53,490 nucleotides of DNA, from assembly GCA_003550565.1 (NCBI GenBank), contig PUKQ01000096.1:1-53490 (forward strand), written 5' to 3'. Position 1 is the stretch's first letter; the number at the start of each line of letters is the position of its first letter. The DNA is from Syntrophomonadaceae bacterium (GTDB taxonomy: Bacteria; Bacillota; Dethiobacteria; DTU022; PWGO01). This document shows, one piece after another, positions 27,405 to 36,918 of the stretch. Below the pieces are notes generated by a model. That model worked only from the letters and a program-made list of their open reading frames with translations. It searched no databases and was not told where the DNA came from. The position numbers and the translations under genes are program-made.

Positions 27405-29906
27405 ATGGAAAGAATGGGAAAAATGACCGGCAAACTGAAAGATGTGAAGATCAGTGTTGCTTTCAGATTTCATGTCAATATGTATCATTCCTATAGGGGT
27501 GACACTCCGGACGAATATGGGATTGGCAAAGATATCAGGCTTATCAAATACATTCTTGATATCCTGGATAAGTACAACCGAAAAGGGGTTCCGGTCAAGG
27601 GAACATGGGATATAGAAAATTATTTTTCGTTGGAAAATAATATGCGAAAGCACTGCCCGGAGCTGATTGAAAGGATAAAAAAGCGAGTAGAGCAAAATTA
27701 TGACGAAATCGAAATAATGTCCTATAATAATGGCCTGGTTTCTGCCGATATGGAGGAAGATTTCAGGGAAAACATGCGCAGGGCGATTTCCAATGAAGGC
27801 GGCTCCGGGGTAAAAGATGTTTTTAAGCATTATGCCCCGGTGGTTAGACCCCAGGAATGTATGATGACTCCCGGATTAATCAAATTGTATCAGCAGGCCG
27901 GAATAGAAGCATTTTCTGTTTTTTACAGTTGTATCCCCTTTAATGGTTTTAGTAATTTTATCCCCCTGTTGCCGGTGGAGAAAAGGTATAATCCCTTATG
28001 GTATACTGCTCCCGGTGTGACAGATAAAATTATTGTTTTGCCGGCAATTAATCCCGGAGATGTCTATGACAATTTTGGACTTGTGCACCTTATAAAAAGC
28101 TTGCGCCGGGAACAGAGAAAGATGAAATCTCCCTGCGATCTTCTGGTTTTGCTGGACATGGATGCTGACGATGATTTCTGGCAGGGGTATTTGAATACTA
28201 CTTTTTCTTTCGGATTGGGTCTTCAAGAGCCGCTTTTGGATGGAGGGCTCAATATTTTTATCCGCCAGTTAAACAAGTTGCCCTACGTGAAATTTGATAC
28301 ACCTTATGCTTATTTACAGAATCATCCTCCGGTGGGAGAAGTCAGTGTGGGACAGGATTTAGCAGATGGCTCTTTTGATGGTTATTCGCCGTGGTCGGAT
28401 AAATTAGAAAATACTAAGCTGTGGACAGGTATAGATCGCAGTAGAATGATATCGGAATATGCCCTGGAAGTGGCCGATTATGCCGATGAAATAAAAACAG
28501 AAGTGGAGCAAACCAGGAAACAGAGGTTACTTGCCACCTCTACCACTCACTTTGGATTATCTACGCCGGTGATGTGCAAGCCCCGATTACAGCAAGCCAT
28601 GGAGAGGGCCGGAAAAAATCTTGCTCAGTCAGAACACATCCTTTCTTCTGCCCTTCAACAAAATAGGGTGCAGGAAGATACCGGGGTGAAAGCTGTATTC
28701 CCGTCTCGCTTTTACAGGGGGGAAGGAAGGAAAAAGGGCTTAATAAGGCTTGCAAGCAATAACGAAAGCGCTCTTCTTACCGGAAAAGGTGTTAAAACGA
28801 TTTTTAACCGGGAAATTTTTGGCCGGAAAGAGATTAACCTGGTTTTTGAAGGCAGGGAAAGAAAAATTCATTTAAATGAAGGAAATAATGAAGGTAATGC
28901 GGAAGAAGATAGTTCTGTTTATATTTCCTCCTCTGTTATCGGCAATTCACACCTGGAATTAAGAATAAACACCTATAATGAGTTGGTATTGTATTATAAC
29001 GGACAAGAAGTAACCGACAAGGGGTCTTTTACTACTTCTGTCAATTATCAAAACCGCCTGGTTTCTGCCGGTGAAGTTGAATACGAAGTAAGTGGTGTAG
29101 AGGGAAAAGTAGCAACAATAACTGAAAAAGGAAAGCTGCACTTGAGCGATAAAATGCTCAAGATGGTTTCTTATGAAAAAAAGTATATGATAGCGGGGGA
29201 TCTTCCTTACTTATTCGTAGATGTTGATATTTCTTACCCCTTAACTGCTGATTATGGGACTGATAAAGCCAAAGTGAAAAAGTTGTACAGGGGCTATGAC
29301 ACCAGGTGGCGGGAAGTCATGCCCCTGGAAATCGTGCCCTCTTTCAGGGGGTCAAAAGAAAGTCCCATTAGGGTCCACAAACATAATTTCTTGGGGGATC
29401 TTACTTACTTCGATTTTAATTATGAGCAATTCAGCGATAATAAAGAAATAGATGCCAGCAATAACGCCATTACTTGTGGTTTCGTATCATTTTCTGCCAA
29501 TAACCGGGGAATTCTTTTGGCGCAGAGTGTTGCCGCCGATAATAATTTTGCATTTAGCCGGGCCCGTTTACGCAAAGAAAAAGGGATGGATAAGCTCTTT
29601 ATAAATCCCTTTGGAGTTTATACGGGAAAGCAGTTGAAGTATAATACGGAAAGATTGGGGTTGGCCCAAAAGGTGGCCTTAAAATTTGCGGAATCTTATA
29701 TGTCATGTGCCCCTTCTTTCAGAGGCGGCAGGCAGCAATTTAGCTTGATGATTGCTCCCTTTGATGGGATAAAGCCTTCGGAAGAACTTATAAACTCCGC
29801 CATCATGCATGCTTACCCCCCCTATATTCAATCTACGGATGAAAGATATGGGATGATTAACTTTACTGACTGGAAAAATTTTGAACCATTGGATTTTAGC
29901 TATTAG
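27405..29906 (+). CDS. Large uncharacterised cytoplasmic protein; candidate carbohydrate-active enzyme by context only
   Basis: An 833-aa uninterrupted ORF with no signal peptide. It lies between the GPH transporter and uxaC. The N-terminal VAFRFHVNMYHSYRGD...GTWDIEN...EIMSYNNG loosely recalls GH57/GH38/CE4-type (beta/alpha)7 folds. I could place no confident family motif. Confidence 0.55.
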   Translation: MERMGKMTGKLKDVKISVAFRFHVNMYHSYRGDTPDEYGIGKDIRLIKYILDILDKYNRKGVPVKGTWDIENYFSLENNMRKHCPELIERIKKRVEQNYDEIEIMSYNNGLVSADMEEDFRENMRRAISNEGGSGVKDVFKHYAPVVRPQECMMTPGLIKLYQQAGIEAFSVFYSCIPFNGFSNFIPLLPVEKRYNPLWYTAPGVTDKIIVLPAINPGDVYDNFGLVHLIKSLRREQRKMKSPCDLLVLLDMDADDDFWQGYLNTTFSFGLGLQEPLLDGGLNIFIRQLNKLPYVKFDTPYAYLQNHPPVGEVSVGQDLADGSFDGYSPWSDKLENTKLWTGIDRSRMISEYALEVADYADEIKTEVEQTRKQRLLATSTTHFGLSTPVMCKPRLQQAMERAGKNLAQSEHILSSALQQNRVQEDTGVKAVFPSRFYRGEGRKKGLIRLASNNESALLTGKGVKTIFNREIFGRKEINLVFEGRERKIHLNEGNNEGNAEEDSSVYISSSVIGNSHLELRINTYNELVLYYNGQEVTDKGSFTTSVNYQNRLVSAGEVEYEVSGVEGKVATITEKGKLHLSDKMLKMVSYEKKYMIAGDLPYLFVDVDISYPLTADYGTDKAKVKKLYRGYDTRWREVMPLEIVPSFRGSKESPIRVHKHNFLGDLTYFDFNYEQFSDNKEIDASNNAITCGFVSFSANNRGILLAQSVAADNNFAFSRARLRKEKGMDKLFINPFGVYTGKQLKYNTERLGLAQKVALKFAESYMSCAPSFRGGRQQFSLMIAPFDGIKPSEELINSAIMHAYPPYIQSTDERYGMINFTDWKNFEPLDFSY

Positions 29907-29946
29907 GAATAGAGATTGGTATGGGAGGTAAAAAAGGGGAAATGAG

Positions 29947-31389
29947 GTGATAATAATGGGAGAAAATTCTTCTTTTCAAACACCTTTTATGGATGAGAAT
30001 TTTTTGTTGAACACAGAAGAGGCCCGAGAACTCTACCATAATCATGCCCAAAAAATGCCCATCATTGATTATCACAGCCACCTGGATCCTTCACAAATAG
30101 AAAGAGATCACAAATTTAATAATTTAACCGAGATTTGGTTGAGAAGTGATCATTATAAATGGAGGGCAATGCGCAGTAATGGAATTGCGGAAAAATATAT
30201 AACCGGAAATGCGGGGGATTATGAGAAATTTTTGGCCTGGGCACAGACTGTGCCCATGTGTATGGGGAATCCCCTTTATCACTGGACGCACCTGGAATTG
30301 CAACGTTATTTTGAGGTTTATGACCCGCTGCATGAAGGCACAGCTGAAAAGATTTGGGAAAAGGCCAGAGAAGCCCTTTCTGAAGAGAAATTTACTGCCC
30401 GGAAATTACTGGAATATTCCGGGGTAGAAATTGTTTTTACTACAGATGACCCCACGGATGAACTTCTTTCCCATCAAAAAATTGAAGCAGATGAAAATTT
30501 TGAAGTTAAAGTTTTACCAACTTTTCGACCTGATCAGGGGTTGAATATAGATAAACCGGGTTTTAATAATTGGCTGGAAAGTTTGCAGAAAGTATCAGAG
30601 GTAGACATAAATAATTTAGATGAATTCCTTATTGCCCTGGAAAGGCGCCTTGATTATTTTCACAGGCAGGGTTGCCGGGCCTCTGATCATGCCCTGGATT
30701 ACGTTTTTTTCCGTGAAGCCGGCACTGAAGAAGTTAAAAATATCTTTGAAAAAGCTCTCCGACAAAAAGAGCTAACAATTGAAGAGGTTGAAAAATATAA
30801 AACCCACGCCTTGCAATTTTTAAGTAGGGAATATTACCGGCGGGGATGGGTTATGCAGCTGCACATTGGAGCCATGCGTAATAATAATTCCCCCATGTAT
30901 GAAAAATTGGGGGCGGATTCCGGATTTGATTCTATTGGGGATACTCCTATTGCCACTCCCCTCTCTAATTTGCTGGATAGTATGGAACGGGAAGATCATT
31001 TGCCCAAAACTGTTTTCTACGGTCTTAATCCAAAAGATAATTATGTGCTGGGAACAATGCTGGGAAATTTCCAGGGAGGGGAGATTCCCGGCAAAATGCA
31101 ACTTGGGCCGCCCTGGTGGTTTAATGATCACAAAGCGGGAATTTACAAACTTTTAGAGGATTTGGGGAACCTGAGCTTGCTGGGCCGTTTTATCGGCATG
31201 CTTACAGATTCCCGGAGTTTACTGTCTTTTCCCAGGCATGAGTATTTTCGTCGGGTATTATGCGACTTAATAGGACAGTGGGTCTCTAGGGGAGAGGTAT
31301 TACCTGATCCGGCATATTTGGGAAATATAGTAGAGAGGATTAGTTATTATAATGCTTTGGATTACTTCGGTTTAACCCAAAGATCATAG
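29947..31389 (+). CDS. uxaC: Glucuronate isomerase (uronate isomerase)
   Basis: FQTPFMDENFLLNTEEARELYHNHAQKMPIIDYHSHL closely parallels the UxaC N-terminus (TPFMTEDFLL...IFDYHCHL). The length is about 470 aa. The true start may be ATG at 29956. Confidence 0.9.
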   Translation: MIIMGENSSFQTPFMDENFLLNTEEARELYHNHAQKMPIIDYHSHLDPSQIERDHKFNNLTEIWLRSDHYKWRAMRSNGIAEKYITGNAGDYEKFLAWAQTVPMCMGNPLYHWTHLELQRYFEVYDPLHEGTAEKIWEKAREALSEEKFTARKLLEYSGVEIVFTTDDPTDELLSHQKIEADENFEVKVLPTFRPDQGLNIDKPGFNNWLESLQKVSEVDINNLDEFLIALERRLDYFHRQGCRASDHALDYVFFREAGTEEVKNIFEKALRQKELTIEEVEKYKTHALQFLSREYYRRGWVMQLHIGAMRNNNSPMYEKLGADSGFDSIGDTPIATPLSNLLDSMEREDHLPKTVFYGLNPKDNYVLGTMLGNFQGGEIPGKMQLGPPWWFNDHKAGIYKLLEDLGNLSLLGRFIGMLTDSRSLLSFPRHEYFRRVLCDLIGQWVSRGEVLPDPAYLGNIVERISYYNALDYFGLTQRS

Positions 31390-31632
31390 CTCGCTCAAAC
31401 TTAGATTTTACTTTTTTTAAAAAACTATGGTGAGATAAAGTGAGGTGATTCAAATAAGTGCATCTGATTCCACTATGAGTAAAATCTTTGTGGGTGATTT
31501 TTTAAAAAACTGATTCCACCGTGCTTGTAAAATGAATCATGGTTTGTTAATGTTAGCATATAATTTGCAATGGTAATAGTTGTTAATTAAGATGAATAAA
31601 AGTAAATATTTATTTCAAAAAGGGTCTTATTT

Positions 31633-32370
31633 ATGAGTTTAGTATTTATGTTTAACCAGTTGATTAAAGCAGTTGTGATGTACGGAGTGCAGTATAGTAC
31701 CGGCTTGTTAGTTAAGCATAAAGGGATGAAAGTTAATTATACCCGGAAAATAAATCATTTTGTGCTCTTTTTTGTACCTGCTTTTGTTGACAGAGGATTT
31801 GCTATGGAAGAATCTTTGGAGTTATTTGCCCTGGGTGGGATAGGTGCTGTAGTTTCACTGGTTATTTATATAGGCCCTATTCGCCAAAGAGTGCCTTTTA
31901 TCGATACCATGTTTAAATCTTTTGACCGCCCGGAAGATCGACCTCATACCTTATTATGGCTTTCTACTCAAGTAGCGGCGGGGCAAGTGGTAATCATTTC
32001 CATGACTTCTCTCTTTGTTTATTACGACTTGACACACTTAATCTTAATCCCTATTCTCATTAACGGCATTGGGGACGGCCTGGCTGAACCGGTGGGTGTT
32101 CGATTCGGCAAGCATCCTTATGAAACCCGGGCTTTATTTACCCAAAAGAGATATGTGCGTACTTATGAGGGAAGCGCCTGTGTATTTTTTACTAGTTTAA
32201 TTGTAGTTTGTTTGTTTCATACACTTTTTACGCCCTGGCAGCTAGTTGCGGCTCTGGTTATTTTGCCACCGCTGATGACCCTTACCGAAGCTGTTTCACC
32301 TCATACTTGGGATAATCCTTTTCTTTTCCTGGTAGGGTATCTTGCCCTTTGGGGCATATCATTTATATAA
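31633..32370 (+). CDS. CTP-dependent polyprenol/phytol/dolichol kinase-like membrane protein (CdsA superfamily)
   Basis: 245 aa, multi-TM. Motifs in family order: TRKINHF, GIGDGLAEPVGVRFGKH, RTYEGSACVF and EAVSPHTWDN. Confidence 0.6.
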   Translation: MSLVFMFNQLIKAVVMYGVQYSTGLLVKHKGMKVNYTRKINHFVLFFVPAFVDRGFAMEESLELFALGGIGAVVSLVIYIGPIRQRVPFIDTMFKSFDRPEDRPHTLLWLSTQVAAGQVVIISMTSLFVYYDLTHLILIPILINGIGDGLAEPVGVRFGKHPYETRALFTQKRYVRTYEGSACVFFTSLIVVCLFHTLFTPWQLVAALVILPPLMTLTEAVSPHTWDNPFLFLVGYLALWGISFI

Positions 32371-32473
32371 CGGGGTGAGGGATCAAGTATCCGGTAAAAA
32401 GGCATTACACTTTTAGGAAAATAATGGTTCCGGGGGTAGCTTTTCCGTATCCCGGCATGGAGGGAAGCAGGCA

Positions 32474-34189
32474 TTGGAAAAACAAGGATTAGCAAAAATA
32501 TTAGAAGAAATAGGAGTCCTACTGGAACTACAGGGAGAAAGCTCCTTTAAAAGCAGGGCCTATTACAATGCAGCTCGCATTATAGAGCAAATGGGAGAAG
32601 AAGAACTGCAGGAACTTGTGCATGCCGACAAGCTGAGAGAAGTTGATGGTATAGGTGAAGCTTTAAATGAAAAGATTAAAGAATATGTTTTCACGGGTTT
32701 TCTGTCTTATTACGAAGACTTGAAAGCAAGCATTCCGGATGGTCTATTGGAAATTCTGAAAGTGCCGGGGCTGGGCCCACGTAAAGTCAAGGCGTTATAT
32801 GAGTTGTTAGAGATTACTACTCTGGCGGAGCTTGAATATGCTTGCCGGGAAAACAGATTGGTGAGCTTGAAAGGTTTTGGGGCTAAAACGCAGGATAATA
32901 TACTTGCCGGCATAGAATTTTTAAGGCATTCCCAGGGAAAATACTTCTATAAAGAGGCAAAGCAAATTGCCGATCATCTACTGGAAAAAATAAGAGAGTT
33001 TCCCGACTTGGGGGAAGCCGGTTTAGCGGGTAGCATCAGGCGCTGTAGGGAAATCGTTAAAGATATTGACCTGGTAGCATCTGCCCATGATCCCGGTCAA
33101 TTAACCGGTTTATTTGTTAAGATTCCCGCGGTTTCAGCAGTAATTGTCCATGGGGAAACAAAAGCTTCAATAAGATTGCCGCAGGGAATTAATGCGGATT
33201 TGCGTGTGGTCAAAAAAGAAGAGTTTCCCTATGCTCTCCACCATTTTACAGGTAGCAAGGAGCACAATACTGCTATGCGGCAGAGGGCTAAAAGTATGGG
33301 AATGAAAATAAACGAATACGGTCTTTTTCGGGGTAATGAATTGGTGAGGTGCCGTGATGAAGTGGAGTTTTTTAATGTTTTAAACCTTTCTTATATCCCG
33401 CCGGAATTACGCGAAGGCACTTCCGAGATTGAAGCTGCAGCTAAAGGGAAGCTTCCCCCGCTATTGGAAAAAGAAGACATCAAAGGCGTATTTCATGTTC
33501 ATTCACATTACAGTGATGGCATGAATTCCCTGGAGGAAATTGTCCTTTATTGTCGTGAATATGGTTATGAGTACGTAGGTATTGCCGATCACAGTCAGTC
33601 AGCTTACTATGCCGGCGGAATGAAAGAAAACGAACTTCTCCGGCAAATTGAAGAAATAGAAACTTTGCAAGAAAGGTATCCGGACATAGGTATTTTCTGC
33701 GGCGTGGAGTCAGATATTCGCAGTGATGGATCCCTCGATTATGACAATGCAATTTTGGAGAAGTTAGACTTTGTGATTGCTTCGGTACATTCAGGATTGA
33801 AAATGGAAAAGGACAAAATGAACCACCGGCTTCTGAAAGCCCTTGCTAATCCGCGGGTGACTATGCTTGGGCATCCTACCAATCGTCTTCTATTGGGGAG
33901 AGATAGTTCGCATTTGGATATGGAAAAAATCCTTCATGCTGCCCGGGAAAATAACGTAATCTTGGAGCTTAACGCCAGCCCGGCAAGGCTTGATCTTGAT
34001 TGGCGGTATTTGAAAAAAACTAAAGAATTGGGTGTGCAGGTATCAATTAACCCTGATGCCCATCAACTGGAGGATTTTCAAGATACTGATTATGGAGTGG
34101 CTATAGCCCGTAAAGGCTGGCTGGAAAAAAAAGATGTTTTCAATACTCTTACTCGCCGGCAAATAGCAGAATATTTTAGGAAAAACTGA
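32474..34189 (+). CDS. polX: DNA polymerase X family protein with C-terminal PHP phosphoesterase domain
   Basis: 571 aa. The N-terminus has HhH motifs (ILEEIGVLLELQGE..FKSRAYYNAA, VPGLGPRKVKAL). The Pol-beta-like core has GSIRRCREIVKDIDLV. The PHP domain has FHVHSHYSDG and ADHS. It has a TTG start. Confidence 0.9.
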   Translation: MEKQGLAKILEEIGVLLELQGESSFKSRAYYNAARIIEQMGEEELQELVHADKLREVDGIGEALNEKIKEYVFTGFLSYYEDLKASIPDGLLEILKVPGLGPRKVKALYELLEITTLAELEYACRENRLVSLKGFGAKTQDNILAGIEFLRHSQGKYFYKEAKQIADHLLEKIREFPDLGEAGLAGSIRRCREIVKDIDLVASAHDPGQLTGLFVKIPAVSAVIVHGETKASIRLPQGINADLRVVKKEEFPYALHHFTGSKEHNTAMRQRAKSMGMKINEYGLFRGNELVRCRDEVEFFNVLNLSYIPPELREGTSEIEAAAKGKLPPLLEKEDIKGVFHVHSHYSDGMNSLEEIVLYCREYGYEYVGIADHSQSAYYAGGMKENELLRQIEEIETLQERYPDIGIFCGVESDIRSDGSLDYDNAILEKLDFVIASVHSGLKMEKDKMNHRLLKALANPRVTMLGHPTNRLLLGRDSSHLDMEKILHAARENNVILELNASPARLDLDWRYLKKTKELGVQVSINPDAHQLEDFQDTDYGVAIARKGWLEKKDVFNTLTRRQIAEYFRKN

Positions 34190-34279
34190 ATTTATTATTA
34201 CCAAAATCATGAATCATGAAATATGTAATTTTTTTCTACCTGAAAAATAAAATGTTCTCATGTTTTTAAATGCATCCGG

Positions 34280-35584
34280 TCACTTTTTTTCGATGCTTTC
34301 CAAAAAAGCGCCTATCCTGGTGAAGGCTGTTTCTTCGTTATATTTACGGGGATCGGCATGATCCACATCTATCATCACGGTAGGGATATCTAATTGATGA
34401 GAGATTCTACTTTGTAGGTCCATCTGCATTAATGAGTACGCTTTGCAACTCCGATTGCTGGCAAAAATCACCCCGTCAATACCCAGGCGTTGGATAGCTT
34501 CGCTCATGGCCTGGTAGCGTAATTCCAAGCCCTGGGGGCACACGGAAAAATTCTGTAAACGAGCCAGGTAATCTAATGGATCAGTATTTTCATCATAGGG
34601 AAAGTAGTCAAATTCACCTTCAAGGCTTCCCAGGCAGTAGGTATAGCTGGCGGCAATAATGTTACCTCCTAATTCTGCGAGTCGTCCCGACATTTTGCTT
34701 AACTGGTGCCAGGGAGCAATGTTGTCCCACAAAAGGCGATAGGATTCGTGGGGGACTGGAAAAATTCCCTTCCTAACCCTTTGAGATGTTTCTTCTACCA
34801 GAAACTTGTAATGTTCAACCAGTTCTTTTGAACCCCTGGATGTAAGTATAGGAGCCATTTGCACAAAAGAATCAAAGGCCGTAATTCCGGAGGGATAATG
34901 GGCGGCATAACCAAGAAACTTTTTCCAGTAGGCATAAGCATTGCTGGAATTTTTTACAGCTTCCACTACTCGTTCAGGATGGTATTTTTGGCCGCTTAAC
35001 TGTTCTATAGTGTGGATCAGATCATTTATTTGTTCTTTTATATATCGACGTTCTTCGTTTTGCTGCGGGCGGTAGCAAAACGGCACATCCAGGGTAAAAT
35101 GAGGCACATTCCATTCTCGGTGGTATATATCAAACCATTTAACCAGTAGAGAACAATTATTATTGTTAGAAACCAGCAAATCAGGGTGAGGAAGGCCTGA
35201 AGTAGGTGAGTCCCTGCCTTCGTCAAAAGCAGTACCCACATCAATCCTTGCATATGAGCAGACATCCGGTGAATACCCCATTTGCTCTGCTTTTTCACAT
35301 TGCAGAGGGGAAACCCTTTTACCGGCGCTCATGGCAGCATGGCTTTCAGGGACTGCGAAAATGACGTTGTCAAACCCATAAAAAATTTCCACGGGGACAA
35401 CGATGGCAACCCAAATTACGAAAGCACCTTCTGCAGCTTTGTGATGTAAATCCATGTAGGATTTTGCCATCAAAGAGCTTAACCGTTTGCCTGCCTCAGT
35501 TTTGCCGGGCTTATTGTTTTTTTCTCTGTTGTTTTCTGTTATATTGTTGTGTTCGTGGTCTGACATGGGGAACACTCCATCCAT
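34280..35584 (-). CDS. 2-hydroxyacyl-CoA dehydratase family protein (HgdA/BcrC-like subunit)
   Basis: 434 aa. GAFVIWVAIVVPVEIFYGFD...PESHAAM is typical of the family. Its start overlaps the upstream subunit's stop (TAATG). Confidence 0.7.
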   Translation of the reverse strand: MDGVFPMSDHEHNNITENNREKNNKPGKTEAGKRLSSLMAKSYMDLHHKAAEGAFVIWVAIVVPVEIFYGFDNVIFAVPESHAAMSAGKRVSPLQCEKAEQMGYSPDVCSYARIDVGTAFDEGRDSPTSGLPHPDLLVSNNNNCSLLVKWFDIYHREWNVPHFTLDVPFCYRPQQNEERRYIKEQINDLIHTIEQLSGQKYHPERVVEAVKNSSNAYAYWKKFLGYAAHYPSGITAFDSFVQMAPILTSRGSKELVEHYKFLVEETSQRVRKGIFPVPHESYRLLWDNIAPWHQLSKMSGRLAELGGNIIAASYTYCLGSLEGEFDYFPYDENTDPLDYLARLQNFSVCPQGLELRYQAMSEAIQRLGIDGVIFASNRSCKAYSLMQMDLQSRISHQLDIPTVMIDVDHADPRKYNEETAFTRIGAFLESIEKK

Positions 35585-36693
35585 TAATTTTTTAAAAGCT
35601 CTGCAAAAGCTTCTATTCTTGTTTTGTAACCTCCCGTATCTTCTACGGTTTTGCTCGCAGTTAATTCGAGAGTGAGAGTATTAATTCCCCGCTCCTTAAA
35701 AAGTTTTTCTAAATAAGGATATTCCAGGTATTCATATTCACAAAACTTTTCTGCGCTGAAAATAATCCCTTTTGCCCCTGTTTCCTCTAAAAATCGTACC
35801 AAATGAGGCGGTCTTTTGTCAGCTGTATGGAGTAAAGTTGGGCATGGAAAGTGGTTACTATAAAACTGCTTGAAATAATACACGGGATCTTTCGTATTGG
35901 GTGGTTGATATCCATAGGAACGGCGTTGGGTGGCCACATCATTACCTACTATTTGTAGCCCTGCAGATTCAATTAATTCGATTATCGGTAAAGGTGGAGG
36001 TTGAATACCGCTTATAAGCACCCCTACTTGTTTTCCATTAGCCGGTTGATTAAAAGAACCATTATCTTCTAAATTTTTAAGTTCTGCCAATTGAGTTTCC
36101 GGGGAACGGAAATAATTTGCTTGTAAGCATGCAGAAAAATCTGCATAGCTGAGTTTTCCCGAAGCCACCATTTTTTCCAGGCGATCCGATAATTCACGGA
36201 TTTGAGCGTATAAATCTACACTTTCTGCAAACTTTTCCGGATCAAAACTTTTCCCGGTGAATTCTTCCAGTTCAGTAATGAGGGTAGTTATTTGTTTTTC
36301 CAAATAGGCAGACGCGCCCCTTCTTTCCAGAGGGATCATGGGAAGGTGCATTCGTATAAAAGGAAGAGCCATATCTCTTTCTCTCATCCCCGCCTGGAGT
36401 ATGTCGGGAAGATTGCGCAGGGTATCGCAAGCATTATAAAAGAAAAGGCATTCAAAGTCGGGTTCATGAGCCAGGGTAAACTGAAGAAGTTCTCGGGCTA
36501 TGGAACAGGAAAACACCTGCAAATGCCTGTCACTGATATTAAAGTTTTCCACACTATCCTTTAAACCCCATAGAATTACCGGAGTAAGCCCCATGGCATG
36601 AAAAAGTTCCAGGGGGGGATAAAGAGGAAAACACCCTATTACATTTTCTTCTTCCAGCTTATTTAGAAGGAAGTTTGGATTTAAATCCTTCAT
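35584..36693 (-). CDS. 2-hydroxyacyl-CoA dehydratase family protein (HgdB/BcrB-like subunit)
   Basis: 369 aa. VIGCFPLYPPLELFHAMGLTPVILWG is the family-typical N-terminus. It is translationally coupled to the 434-aa paralogue downstream. Confidence 0.7.
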   Translation of the reverse strand: MKDLNPNFLLNKLEEENVIGCFPLYPPLELFHAMGLTPVILWGLKDSVENFNISDRHLQVFSCSIARELLQFTLAHEPDFECLFFYNACDTLRNLPDILQAGMRERDMALPFIRMHLPMIPLERRGASAYLEKQITTLITELEEFTGKSFDPEKFAESVDLYAQIRELSDRLEKMVASGKLSYADFSACLQANYFRSPETQLAELKNLEDNGSFNQPANGKQVGVLISGIQPPPLPIIELIESAGLQIVGNDVATQRRSYGYQPPNTKDPVYYFKQFYSNHFPCPTLLHTADKRPPHLVRFLEETGAKGIIFSAEKFCEYEYLEYPYLEKLFKERGINTLTLELTASKTVEDTGGYKTRIEAFAELLKN

Positions 36694-36883
36694 AGAGGTT
36701 ACTAAATTCTCCTATCTTCATTTGTTTATATATATTTCAAATACTCCTTAAAGCTTTCTGTTGTATTTACTATATTATTCCCATTTTATTAAAGTTATAC
36801 CTTATTAATAATTAATACCATATTTATTTCGTGATTAATTTAAGTAAACCCTTCTGCTGAAATATTCTTGTATTAGGGGGATA

Positions 36884-36892
36884 TGTTATAAT
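36884..36892 (+). promoter_or_regulatory. Possible extended -10 promoter (TGtTATAAT) for lepA
   Basis: TGTTATAAT lies about 30-50 nt upstream of the lepA start candidates. No good -35 hexamer is present. Confidence 0.3.
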
Positions 36893-36918
36893 TTTAGTAA
36901 CTTTTTTGAAGTAAATTT

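Noticed and set aside
27393-27830. 145-aa minus-strand ORF overlapping the start of the 833-aa gene
   Set aside because: It is antisense to a long uninterrupted ORF that fits the operon orientation. It has no RBS and a low-complexity, hydrophobic composition.
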